From contig NC_068982.1 of the NCBI RefSeq assembly GCF_001194135.2, forward strand, positions 84,024,037-84,088,036: a DNA stretch of 64,000 nt, read 5' to 3'. Below the pieces are notes generated by a model. It did not search any database. It saw only the letters and a list, made by a program, of their open reading frames with translations, and was not told the origin of the DNA. The stretch comes from Octopus bimaculoides. Its lineage: Eukaryota. The position numbers were made by a program, and so were the translations under genes. Positions 47,886-60,643 of the stretch are shown here, in pieces (positions within the stretch are counted from its first letter, which is position 1; the number at the start of each line of letters is the position of its first letter).

Positions 47886-50005
47886 CACTAAAAACTGATG
47901 GCTCTGATGCAGACTAAAAAATTGGTGACGGTGAGCTAAAAGAATTGCAGTCTTCGCTTGCATCTCCAGAAAAATTGGTGATTTAAGTAAGCCTCTAGAA
48001 TTCATCTTCATCTTGAACTTGTACCTAACAGAGTAGGCATCCTTCTTCCAAGGAAATACACAGTGTTCTTCCAAATAATCTCTTTTTGAAGTATTTTTCT
48101 CCCATAATGTTGACTCAAAGTTTTATGCCAGTGAAGACACCTTGGAGTTTTGTCCAACATGATGCCTGTCTTTATCTTCCTTGTTGGTTTTTCCTGTACA
48201 ATTACCACTCAGAGCATGAGTGTTGGATGTGCATGGCAAGTGTCGTGGGTACTCCATTACATTCACCTGTGTAGAATTTTCCATGTGTCCAGACTTCAAC
48301 AGCCATGCACACCAACAGCACTATCAGCAACACCGCTACTGCCATCACTGTCTCAGCCTTCATACCAGACCACAGTGCTAACATCATCACTGCCACAGCT
48401 TCAACGCTATTTTCAAATTATCCCTGCAACATCTGTACAGCAACCCATTTTGTAGCCTCATACAGCATATTTCAGTCACTCTGAGTACCACACAGATGGA
48501 CAGCACTTCAAACAGCTTCTTAAACCTGAAATGTGACATTTTTTTCCCAACTATGCATTTCTTAACATCATTCATTGGAACACTTATTCAATGAACTGAA
48601 CATTTTGCATGTTTTCTTGTTTTTTCTTTCTTATTTTTTCAGCCTTGCCATGAGCTTTTCTGTTCCAATTTCTTCCTGTTCATTTTGTTACATTTTTTCT
48701 TACTTGTTTTAATACTTTCATGTGCATCCATTCTGTAACATGCCTTTTGACACTGTGAAATTCTCTCTACTCAGCACCTCACCTTGCACACTCAGTCTTC
48801 AATGCACAGCTTTTGCTAGGGGATACTGCATCAGACTTTGCAATCAGTGTTGTCTTACAATGCTTCCAGCAGTTACACTGACACTTCTTTTTTGCATGCT
48901 TCATTCTTCCTGTATTTAATGCATTCGTCCTTCAGCCTCTGTAAGCAATTCACTGCTCTCGCAGGCTTACAACTCTTGTCTCTGCAAGTGACTCACTACT
49001 CTTGCAGACAAATTCTTGGCATTGCTTATGTCCTAGCAGCCAACATCTGCTAGTGGCCCACCACTCTTGCAGACTTTAAACTCTTTTGCCTCTGCAAGCA
49101 ACTCACCACTCTTACAGGCAAAATCTTGGCACTGCTTATGTCTCAGCAGCCAACATTGCACTCCCATACACTTTGACATTTGCATCTTGTGATTTCCAGT
49201 TTCCTGGACAATTTCTATCATGTTTGCACAACAGGTTTCACTTGCTCTGTCTCGCAGAGACCACCTTTCCGAGCAGCAAGCTACGAAGAACTTCCTTCAG
49301 CTTTTTTGTTGTGTTCACATTCACTTTTTGTAATTTTCTTTTGTTTTTTCTCCTTTATGTGTTACTCTCTAGAATGCTTGCTCCTTTATGTTGATCATCC
49401 TTGCAGTCTGAGCAGGGGGTCATGTATGAGTACTATTTCTCTTTGGCAGAACTGTTATCCAGCTATGCATGATTTGGTTGGTTTAGCCAACTGCATTGCA
49501 TCATGCATTGATACACACCAATGTCTCTCACTTAGTCATGGGGAAAGTCTTAATCAGTCCTAGCCAAGCCTCCAAGGAAGTTAGACGTAATTTGTCATGT
49601 CACTGTCAGAATTCAACTCTACCATGTGGACAATATTGAAGGAAGAAATACTCTAGAACTAAACAACTATTTATGGATTCTTTGAACATTTATCCTGTTC
49701 ACATTTTACAATATACAGTAACAGTAAGTGTTACATATTATTTATGCTGCATACACCTGGATTTGTGACCCTATAACAAGTAGCTTGAACTTTTCTTTTG
49801 TTCACTTTGGACACTGTTATACCTCTGAATGCTATATTCTGTATGCTGTCATACAAAACTTAATTTAATACTGTTGTCATTTCCTCTTATAGTAAATTAC
49901 TATGTTCTATTAAGCCTTCTCAATGTTGTCTGTTATTGCATTGCAAGGTATTAAACTCTTGCTGTTATAAAAAGTCAGATATTATTTTAGTGTCTCTCCA
50001 CTACA
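47886..50005 (+). mobile_element. 3' internal region + PPT + 3' LTR (49423-50005) of the same unclassified LTR family
   Basis: gagcagggggtca (PPT-like) precedes TGTATGAG; LTR ends CCACTACA; internal part has no recognisable gag/pol and contains a ~109-bp tandem repeat (48972, 49080). Confidence 0.65.
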
Positions 50006-52131
50006 ACATCCTTTATGTTTAAAAAAAAAGAAGGAAAGGGTCGTTTAGTTGTTTTTTTAATCAACTATCATGGCTCAAGTCTAATTTTGAAAGTATTGTT
50101 CAAGTTTTTCTTATTTTAGATTAAAAAGGGTATATAAAAATAACTTATTTTGACACAAGATTTCCGTATATGCACTATCTCTCATACACACACACATACA
50201 ATACTTTCACACAGAAGTTGGTTGCAGATAAACAGTTAAATACAATTGTGATGTAATTCATGATGAGCTGATCTAAAAAACCTAATCCTTGATACAAACT
50301 TAAATTAAACTTTTTTCAGAAATTGTACAAAATATACAAAACACCTGAAACAAAAATTTTTTTGTTGGTGATTACATTGTTAACCTTTAAAAAAAGGGAG
50401 AGTTGTTTACTGTTGTTTCTAGATGTTGGGTTTTCTGGTGGTGGTCTGGAGTTTTTAGCTTTTTGAAATGGGGAGGTGGGATGGGTGGGAATAGGTGAAT
50501 AGGGTATTTTCTAATAAAAATTTTTTAAAATTTGGTTAATGTTTACATCTTGACCTGGAAATGAAAATCCCCAAAAATACTGGAATGGGTGTAAAACAAT
50601 GTGTAGGAAACAAATATGAAAAAAATTTGCACAAAGCAATAGGAGGGTGGGGAGAGGACTTCAGAAAATTCACAAAATCCGAGTTTTTCCCTCATAACTT
50701 TTAGGAAAATGGGGTTTTTTCAATGAAATATTATATAAATACCTTTCAAACAGCATACATTACAATTATAAAGTAATTTGTGAGGAAAATCTTTTCCAAA
50801 GGGAGGGGAGAAGACTTCGGAAAATTCACAAGATCCAAGTTTTTCCCTCATAACTGTATATATATGCGTGTGTATGTGTATATATATATGTGTGTGTGTA
50901 TGTATATAGGCAAGACGTCCGCTTGTCCTCCCAAACAAAAATCACCCATTAAAAAAGAATTTTTTTTTCGACACAGACCCGCCTTTTCAGCTATGAGGAA
51001 TACGAATCTGCTAAAAAAAATTGGCAAAAATTGGCACTTTTAGATTACACCCTATTTCCTTCATTTTTTTACTTTTTTCAGAAATTTTTTTTTTCAAAAT
51101 ATGCAGAAAAATACAGAGATTATGATTCTGAATAAAATTTCCAAAAAGTTTTNNNNNNNNNNNNNNNNNNNNNNNNNNNNNNNNNNNNNNNNNNNNNNNN
51201 NNNNNNNNNNNNNNNNNNNNNNNNNNNNNNNNNNNNNNNNNNNNNNNNNNNNNNNNNNNNNNNNNNNNNNNNNNNNNNNNNNNNNNNNNNNNNNNNNNNN
51301 NNNNNNNNNNNNNNNNNNNNNNNNNNNNNNNNNNNNNNNNNNNNNNNNNNNNNNNNNNNNNNNNNNNNNNNNNNNNNNNNNNNNNNNNNNNNNNNNNNNN
51401 NNNNNNNNNNNNNNNNNNNNNNNNNNNNNNNNNNNNNNNNNNNNNNNNNNNNNNNNNNNNNNNNNNNNNNNNNNNNNNNNNNNNNNNNNNNNNNNNNNNN
51501 NNNNNNNNNNNNNNNNNNNNNNNNNNNNNNNNNNNNNNNNNNNNNNNNNNNNNNNNNNNNNNNNNNNNNNNNNNNNNNNNNNNNNNNNNNNNNNNNNNNN
51601 NNNNNNNNNNNNNNNNNNNNNNNNNNNNNNNNNNNNNNNNNNNNNNNNNNNNNNNNNNNNNNNNNNNNNNNNNNNNNNNNNNNNNNNNNNNNNNNNNNNN
51701 NNNNNNNNNNNNNNNNNNNNNNNNNNNNNNNNNNNNNNNNNNNNNNNNNNNNNNNNNNNNNNNNNNNNNNNNNNNNNNNNNNNNNNNNNNNNNNNNNNNN
51801 NNNNNNNNNNNNNNNNNNNNNNNNNNNNNNNNNNNNNNNNNNNNNNNNNNNNNNNNNNNNNNNNNNNNNNNNNNNNNNNNNNNNNNNNNNNNNNNNNNNN
51901 NNNNNNNNNNNNNNNNNNNNNNNNNNNNNNNNNNNNNNNTTTTAAATCACATGCATACACACAGACAAACGTACACACAGTCAGTGTGAAGGATATACTT
52001 CTATAGAGAATGAAAGCAACAACAAAGTTTATTTAAATCTTTAACCCCTCCCCACATCAAGTGAATGTGTGTATGCATGTATAAGAAAAAACGGCATTCT
52101 TTTGTTGCCGAAATGACATTCTTTCTTTACA

Positions 52132-52585
52132 AGAGCAGAAATTGAAAGAGACGAGAAAGTGAAAATGTATGTATGTGTCTATGAAACGGACGTGAGTGTA
52201 AGTGTGTGCTTGTGTGTATGTATATGAAATGGACATGTGCGTGTGTATGAAATGGACGTGTGTGTGTGCGTGAGAGAGAGAGAGAGAGAGGTATGTGTTG
52301 TCATGTATGTATTTTTTTACATGTGTAAGTGGCACTCACTCTCTCTCTCACATTATCTTTCATGTACATGTACATACATAAATAAATATGCATACATCAT
52401 TTTTGTATGTGTGCGTGAAGTGTGCATGTGTGAGAGAGAGAGAGCAAATGAATGCTACTTATACATGCAAAAAAATACATACATGACAATACATCTCTCT
52501 CTTTCACACAGACACACACGCATATGTCCATTTCATATACACGTACATACATGTTCACTTTCTCGTCTCTTTCAATTTCTACTCT
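52132..52585. repeat. Inverted repeat (MITE-like fold-back) built partly from microsatellites
   Basis: agagcagaaattgaaagagacgagaaagtgaa vs ttcactttctcgtctctttcaatttctactct (31/32); inner gtcatgtatgtatttttt vs aaaaaaatacatacatgac. Confidence 0.8.
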
Positions 52586-53574
52586 TACTTCAAAGCAAAG
52601 ATGAGTAAAGAAATAAAAATTTGGTACAGAAATTAACGAACAGTACTATAACAATACCACGTGCTTAATTAATGTAAATGCTGGTAGTAATATAAGAATG
52701 CTGAAAAACATATCTACTAACAGAGAAGTATGCTATTAAAAATAAATTATCTTTTACAAACAATTCTTAAAATAACTCTGTCGCCCTAATGGAATTCTTT
52801 ACACAAATGCATACACACACACAGCTTAAACAATGTTTTTATAGAGTGAAAGCAACAACAAAAAAATTATTTAAATCTTTAACCCCAGTCCACATCAAGC
52901 CAGTGTGTGTGTGTGTGTGTGTGTGCAAGAAAAAAGCATTTACTAACAGAAAAGTAAGCTATCAAAATAAATTATCTTTGACATACCATTTTTAAAACTA
53001 TTCTCTCGCCCTAATGAAATTCCTTACACACATACATATACATACACTGACAAACACACACACTCAGCATTAGCAATATATTTTTATAGAGAGAGAAAAT
53101 GAAAAAGATAAACAAACAGAAGGAGAGAGATCTTATCTGTTGATGTCACAGATTTTGAAATTTTAAATTCAGTAAAAATTTTCCAGTTTGATATATTGAA
53201 GTACTTTTTCACACTGAACCTGAGTTTCTGGTTCATTTATTCCAGAAAACTTTTACAAAAAATGTTACGGATGTTTAAATTTAGATCATTTTTACCTAAT
53301 CGGAAAACAGGATTTGTGCATAATAGCTGTCATAAAATGAAAGTAAACATTAGGAGAATAGATTTTAAACAAAATGAAAGGTAGGCATGAGAGTTATTAC
53401 ATATACAAAGAGTGAATCTCAAAGAGTATGGTAAATAATGGGAGATTGTTGGTAATTGATATAGACCGGGAAAGTTGTCGATTTAAAAGTTGTTATTTCT
53501 CTTCTGAGTATTTGGGGCTAAACACATACTTAACTATATACACTCACATTTATATAATGTGTGCGTGTATGTGT

Positions 53575-53950
53575 ATATATATTTTGTATTCTTTTGTTTC
53601 AGTCATTTGACTGCGGCTATGCTAGAGCACTGCCTTAAAGAGTCTTAACCGAAGAAATTGACCCTAGGACTTTGTAAGCCTAGTACTAATTCTCTTTTTT
53701 GTCGAACCACCAAGTTACAAAGACATAAACTAACCAACATTGGTTGTCAAGCGATAGTGTGGGGACAAACACAGTCATAAAGACACACACACATATACGA
53801 CAAACTTTTCTAAGTTTCCCTCAACCAGATCCACTCACAAGGCTTTGGTTGGTCCAAGGCTATAGTAGAAGACACTTGCCCAAGGTGCCATGCAGTGGGA
53901 CTGAACCCAGAACCATGTGATTGGGAAGCAAGCTTCTTGCCACACAGCCA

Positions 53951-53952
<2 letters not shown>
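53575..53952 (-). mobile_element. tRNA-type SINE family A, CpG-depleted
   Basis: Reverse complement of the family A head and body. Confidence 0.85.
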
Positions 53953-53992
<40 letters not shown>

Positions 53993-53993
<1 letters not shown>

Positions 53994-55317
53994 TAGCAGC
54001 TAAGCCTGGTTTCACCTGGTCTGTTTGGATGATGTGGCTGTAATCGTTTTTGATTATAACAACTTTTCTCAACCTTATCATTTTGGGTCCCCTATTTTGA
54101 TTGGAGCTTCCAGCTGTATGAAAATTTCCTGGACCCCCTTCCCTTGTCAGAAAACAGCTTCAGGAGTTGTGAAGAATGCATTTATACGTAGTCTGTTTCT
54201 GAGAGCTATTCTGTTGGACCTCTGTCTAATCATTAAAACATTGGGCGATCTTTCGATATGGGAACACACGACTGTTGTCACTACAAACCACTTATAAACC
54301 ACGTGTGTTTATTTACATTTTTGAAGATGATCATCGGTTTCTGTAAAATTTTTTTTAATATGGGGTTAGGTGGAAATGGGATCTTTTGAAGTGTGCGTGA
54401 AAGCAAAAGAGACAGAGAGAGCGCGATTATATGAGTGAAGTTCTTTTGAAGTTGGCGTGAAGCAGAAGAATTGATGTGCATGTGAGAGAGAGTGTGTTTG
54501 AGAGGTGTGCGAGACAGAATGTGCGGTGTGTATGTGAATTGCTTTTGTTAGTGTGTATGAAGAGAGAGAGTAATGTTGCTGGTGTGTGTGTGTGTGTGTA
54601 TGTGAGAGAGAGAGAGAGAAAGAAAGAGAGAGAGAAAGAAAGAGAGAGAAAGAAAGAGAGAGAGAGAGAAAGAGAGAGAGAGGAAGAAAGAGAGAGAGAG
54701 AAAGAAAGAGAGAGAGAGAGAAAGAAAGAGAGAGAGAGAGAGAGATAACTGAAATTTTTTATTCACTTTTTGTAGTGAGTGAATGAGAGAAAAAGTGAGA
54801 GAGAGAGAGAGAGAGACATTATATATGTATGTATGAATGGCTTCAGTGACACACACACACACACACACACCCATGCATGTAGGTTGTTATGTATGTATAC
54901 ATAGATGTATGTATCAATGTATGGCTGAGAGAGAGTTAACTGAAATTTTGTTATTCACTTTTTGTAGTGAGTGAATGTGTGAGTGACTGACAAAGAAAAG
55001 GAGAGAGAGGTTATGTATGTATGTATGTATGAATGACTTTGGCTGACTGTCATCCTGTACTCCCCTTGTTGCTAGCGAAATGGTATATGCCGGCTGTGTG
55101 AGCAACTGGTTGTTTTAATGGCGGGGGAATTCCATTAGAAAAAGTTTTAATTGATTTTCTCTGTAACTATGGGGGCTAGGAAATAAATACAAACCGCATT
55201 CCAATCTATGCACCCATCTCCACATGTGTGCCATTTTTGATGCAAATCCACCCAGCCATTTGGTTGTGAACCCCAAGACAAGAATACAACGATTGCCCAT
55301 GTCCAATTTATATTATA
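53993..55317 (-). mobile_element. Non-autonomous Helitron-like element B
   Basis: Minus 3' end ccaggtgaaaccaggcttagctgCTAG|t (decayed hairpin + CTAG at 53993-53996); 5' end tataatataaattggacatggg; internal (GA)n/(CA)n tracts. Confidence 0.6.
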
Positions 55318-56086
55318 CTAGCAGTATAGCCCAGCGCTGCTCGGGATTAAGCTAGGATTATTAAGTGATCAAATGCTTTATTTCAAACCAAAATAAGTAA
55401 CATCGACATCAGATTTGAGCGAAATCCGTTGAAATTGGTTTGGCTGAAAATGGTTTGCTGGCAATTTGATTGGGAAATCCCATAAGGAATCAGTTTTTTG
55501 GTTATTTCCACTCATTGACTGTATTTTTTAAAGTTGCAGTAGAGATCTGCATAGGAAAAGGTTCATCTGAAGGTTTGCATTGGGGATGTAGATTGGAGTA
55601 ACTTAGAAAAACTTACCAACAGCCTTAACCAAAAAATAAGGGGCCTGTCCCTTCTAAGTTAACTCTAACCCTAACCCTAACCCTGACCCTAAAACTGTAA
55701 CCCTAATCGTAATCCTAACACTAATCTTAACCCTAACCCTAACCCTGACCCTAATCCTAACCGTAAAACTCTAACCCTAACCCCCTAGTGGAAATCGTGC
55801 GGGTGTTAATGTGAAAAATTACCAAACCCTTTTTGTGGTCCGAAAAACGAGTTGGGGGGGGGGACTGACAAATTGTTACATACGTTTTTGTTTCGTAGTT
55901 GTGAAATATAAACAAAACTCTTTCGCTCCCAAAGTAGTATATGTGCATGTGTGTGAGAGTGAGAAGGGGGAGAAAGATGAACGATTTAAAACAAATAAAT
56001 GATTTTAAATAAATATATTTGAATTGTTGTGTGAGAAAGTATATATAATCTCATTATAGAATATAGTGTCTTTCAAAAACATCGTA
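55318..56086 (-). mobile_element. Non-autonomous Helitron-like element A (3' end; rest in gap)
   Basis: Minus 3' end cccgagcagcgctgggctatactgCTAG|t: GC-rich hairpin about 8 nt before CTAG (55318-55321). Confidence 0.65.
55660..55784 (+). repeat. Interstitial telomere-like (TAACCC)n degenerate array
   Basis: ctaaccctaaccctaaccctgaccctaa occurs twice, with variant units between. Confidence 0.85.
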
Positions 56087-56640
56087 TNNNNNNNNNNNNN
56101 NNNNNNNNNNNNNNNNNNNNNNNNNNNNNNNNNNNNNNNNNNNNNNNNNNNNNNNNNNNNNNNNNNNNNNNNNNNNNNNNNNNNNNNNNNNNNNNNNNNN
56201 NNNNNNNNNNNNNNNNNNNNNNNNNNNNNNNNNNNNNNNNNNNNNNNNNNNNNNNNNNNNNNNNNNNNNNNNNNNNNNNNNNNNNNNNNNNNNNNNNNNN
56301 NNNNNNNNNNNNNNNNNNNNNNNNNNNNNNNNNNNNNNNNNNNNNNNNNNNNNNNNNNNNNNNNNNNNNNNNNNNNNNNNNNNNNNNNNNNNNNNNNNNN
56401 NNNNNNNNNNNNNNNNNNNNNNNNNNNNNNNNNNNNNNNNNNNNNNNNNNNNNNNNNNNNNNNNNNNNNNNNNNNNNNNNNNNNNNNNNNNNNNNNNNNN
56501 NNNNNNNNNNNNNNNNNNNNNNNNNNNNNNNNNNNNNNNNNNNNNNNNNNNNNNNNNNNNNNNNNNNNNNNNNNNNNNNNNNNNNNNNNNNNNNNNNNNN
56601 NNNNNNNNNNNNNNNNNNNNNNTATATATATATATATATA

Positions 56641-58017
56641 TCACCAAGGATCAGTCCTCAACCCCCTCTTGTTCATCATAGTCCTCCAGGCAATGACAGG
56701 AATTTAAGACAGGCTGCCCCTAAGAGCCCCTCTATGCTGATGACCTTGTTCTTGTAGCCGAATCACTACCAGAACTAGAGAAGAAGTTTCAGGTATGGAA
56801 GCAAGGTCTAGAATTAAAGGACCTTAGAATTAACCTAGCAAATACTAAAATCTCAGTAAGTAGGAAGGCAGACAAATCACAAATCCCTTCAGGTAGATGG
56901 TTCTGCTTGATCTGTAGAAAAGGCATAAGTAGAAACTCCATAAGATGTACCCAGAGTAAGTTATGGATACATAAGAGGTGCAGCAATATCATCAGAAGCT
57001 TAACAGGGAAAATAGCTTTTGTGTGGAAGATGGACAGGAACAATAAACACCAAAAATGTATAGAAAACAGACTCTATCAACTGCTAGTGGGATAAACTGT
57101 TATCTAGGTGACCCAGTTAGTAGCGGAGGTGGATGCTCCGAGAGCATAGCTGGCAACAAAGGAGTGAAAGGCAGGTTGTATGATGCCTGTGTGTGAACAG
57201 GTATGCTACATGGCAGTGAAACATGGGCTGTGACAGCCGAGGACATGTGTAGGCTTGAAAGAAATGAAGCCAATATGCTTCACTGGATGTACTATGTCAG
57301 TGTGCATGTACGACAGAGTGTAAGCATCTTGAGAGAAAAGTTGGGCATAAGCGGTATTAGATATGTGCAAGAGAGACAACTGTGCTGGTATGGTCATGTG
57401 AAGTGTAAAGAAGTGCTGATCTCTAACTGTGGAGGGAATCTGTGGTAGCGGTAGACATGGGACGAGGTGGTAAAGTATGATCTTTGAACTTTTGGGCCTC
57501 ACAGAAGCAATGACTAGTGACTGAAATCTTTAGCAATATGCTGTGCTTGAGAAGACCCAAGCGAAGTGAAATCATAGTCATAGCTGATGTCAGTGTCACA
57601 TAACTAGCACCCATGCAGGTGGCACATAAAGCACCTTTCAAGCATTGGGCATCACGGAGGCAAGGTGGCCAATGCTGATGGCATGTGAAAAGCACCATTC
57701 GAGTGTTGGGCCTAACGGAGGCAATGACAACTGACTGGGACCTTTGGCATTATGCCATACTTCAGAAGACCCATTAAGCCAAATAAAATCATAGTCATGA
57801 CTGATACTGGTGTCATGCAAATAGCACCGAAGCTGATGGCATGTAAAAGCACCCATTACACTCTTGGAGCGGTCAATGTTAGAAAGGGTATCCAGCCATA
57901 GAAACCATGTCAAATCAGACTGGAGTCTGGTGCAGCCTTCCAGCTTGCCAGCTCTGGTCAAACCATCCAACCTATGCCAGCATGGACAACAGACATTAAA
58001 TGATGATGATGATGATA
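56641..58017 (+). mobile_element. 5'-truncated RTE LINE (RT core, Cys/His finger, 3' UTR, (GAT)n tail)
   Basis: HQGSVLNPLLF, YADD at 56733-56744, ICRKGISRNSIRCTQSKLWIHKRCS, MLHGSETWAV; ends cattaaatgatgatgatgatgat. Confidence 0.92.
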
Positions 58018-58021
58018 TATA

Positions 58022-58900
58022 TCTATATACATAAATGTGTAATGGTGTCTGTGTGTGCACTTGGGGTTACTCTAACTCCTCCCACACTGTCCGACCGATT
58101 TTAATGATTTTTGGCACAAAGGTAGATCACAGGTCCTGAAGTTCAAATAAGGCCGGAATATTTCGAAAACTCGATAACGCTCAGTTGGCATCGATTTTTG
58201 TGCTCTCAATTGGGCATTTGAATGGAAATTCCCATAACAATGTTATTATTCTTGCAGCTTTTGCATTTTTTGCCCACTTTTCATGAAAATCGATGAGTGA
58301 GCGAGGCTCATGGCTGTGAGTTGATCTCAATATATGGTGTTGACAAAAAATCGATAACTGCACCTGAGCAGTGGTTTTATAAAATCAATAGGCTTTTTGC
58401 GTGCAAATGTCCATAGGGATTTTATTTTTGGCCATAACTTTTTTATTTTTTATCAGATTTTAATTTGAGATGTAGGTAAATTGTGTGGTGGGGGGAGATA
58501 GTAAAGGTGTTTATTTAATTTAAAAAGGCTTGAAAAGGGCACAAATGCAAATGAGCATTTTCTTAGAGATATTCTTATCAATTTTGTAGAAATTTTACAC
58601 GTGATTACAGTTCATGTCCATTAGGTGATGCCAGCATGAAGAGTTGACAAAAAAAATCGATAATTGCGCTTGAGTAGGAGATTTTAAGAAATCAATAGGC
58701 TTTTTGTATGCAATTACTCATAGGATTAATATTTTCTGCTGTAACTTTTACAGAATTCATCCGATTTTGATGAAGTTTCACATTTAGTTAAAGTTTATGG
58801 TCGGAGTCATGCAGTAGAATTAAAATTAAATTGGTGGAAGGCAGAAATCATCAAAATTCACTCACAATAAAATAATGAACTGATTTTGAAGAAAAGTAAC
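58022..58900 (+). mobile_element. Helitron-like element C (5' part)
   Basis: a|TCTATATACATAAATGTG start; aactcctcccacactgtccgaccgattttaatgatttttggcaca; internal ~310-bp duplication (gttgacaaaaaatcgata..aatcaataggctttttg). Confidence 0.55.
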
Positions 58901-60578
58901 CCATTAGTAAAATTAAGCACTTTGACATATGAAACATCAATTATTCATATAATGTATTGAGATTTAAAAGTCAATGGGATATTTTCATGTAAATGGTCAC
59001 ATGGATTCTATTTTATGACATAACCTTAACACTTTTCTTTGGATTTTGCTGAGATTGGACATGCTGATCAATTTTGTAAAGAGGGTGGTATTAAGGGGAG
59101 AGAAATAAACAAACATCACTCTCAACAGGTTGAGGTACACCCAAAAGTTTGACTGCAATTTCAGATGGTCCTGTATGTAGGAGTATGTCAAAAGTGTTTG
59201 CCGAACCAGATATAACATCTTAATGGATAACAGTTGGCATGGAGAACATAGAAGATATCAATACAAGGTCATAGGTGGGCTTTACTTCAACATGGAAAAC
59301 ATGAGCAATGCTGAGTCTAACAGCTAGTATATAAGCCTGATCTTTCTTTCTTGGCCGGCCGTTGTCTGTGCAACATCGATACTCCTCGCTGCGCCTGTGA
59401 AATCCTATATTCCTGCCGTAAGGCTTTATTTCCACACACACCAGCTTAATTTAATTCGTCCTTAGTTGAAGGACACCTGTTGTTATGTCCTGCTATTATT
59501 TTTATTGTATTTGTGTAACATTGTCCGTTTTTTCTGTCCTTGTTTTATATACGTTCACTGCTTTCTTCTAAGGAATCTAATGCTCTTAGCTTAGTTTTTC
59601 CTTGGGGCTGACCAGACTGGAGCAATCTTGAGTATAATCAGCATAAATTGCAAAGATAATCTGGTACTCAACTGAGGGAAGATAACTTCGAATGACCCGT
59701 CCTTGTTTTTCCATTTTTGTATCACCTAACTGTCCAGATGTTTTGCGTTCTTGTCCCATTTTATATTTTATATNNNNNNNNNNNNNNNNNNNNNNNNNNN
59801 NNNNNNNNNNNNNNNNNNNNNNNNNNNNNNNNNNNNNNNNNNNNNNNNNNNNNNNNNNNNNNNNNNNNNNNNNNNNNNNNNNNNNNNNNNNNNNNNNNNN
59901 NNNNNNNNNNNNNNNNNNNNNNNNNNNNNNNNNNNNNNNNNNNNNNNNNNNNNNNNNNNNNNNNNNNNNNNNNNNNNNNNNNNNNNNNNNNNNNNNNNNN
60001 NNNNNNNNNNNNNNNNNNNNNNNNNNNNNNNNNNNNNNNNNNNNNNNNNNNNNNNNNNNNNNNNNNNNNNNNNNNNNNNNNNNNNNNNNNNNNNNNNNNN
60101 NNNNNNNNNNNNNNNNNNNNNNNNNNNNNNNNNNNNNNNNNNNNNNNNNNNNNNNNNNNNNNNNNNNNNNNNNNNNNNNNNNNNNNNNNNNNNNNNNNNN
60201 NNNNNNNNNNNNNNNNNNNNNNNNNNNNNNNNNNNNNNNNNNNNNNNNNNNNNNNNNNNNNNNNNNNNNNNNNNNNNNNNNNNNNNNNNNNNNNNNNNNN
60301 NNNNNNNNNNNNNNNNNNNNNNNNNNNNNNNNNNNNNNNNNNNNNNNNNNNNNNNNNNNNNNNNNNNNNNNNNNNNNNNNNNNNNNNNNNNNNNNNNNNN
60401 NNNNNNNNNNNNNNNNNNNNNNNNNNNNNNNNNNNNNNNNNNNNNNNNNNNNNNNNNNNNNNNNNNNNNNNNNNNNNNNNNNNNNNNNNNNNNNNNNNNN
60501 NNNNNNNNNNNNNNNNNNNNNNNNNNNNNNNNNNNNNNNNNNNNNNNNNNNNNNNNNNNNNNNNNNNNNNNNNNNNNN

Positions 60579-60618
<40 letters not shown>

Positions 60619-60643
60619 ACATATATACCATATATACATACAT

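Larger units (their letters stand above)
45540..50530. repeat. Diverged long inverted repeat (arms about 45540-45995 and 50150-50530) enclosing the Merlin and LTR fragments
   Basis: e.g. ccaccaccagaaaatccaacatgctagaaacaacag vs ctgttgtttctagatgttgggttttctggtggtgg; caacttctgtgtgaaagt vs actttcacacagaagttg. Confidence 0.75.

Noticed and set aside
51094-52006. Long ORFs of 200-320 aa in the track (also 22519-23245, 56054-56707, 59692-60711)
   Set aside because: Artefacts of N gaps translated as X
58997-59441. Two short minus-strand ORFs as a gene or retroelement RT
   Set aside because: No diagnostic motif found; left unassigned
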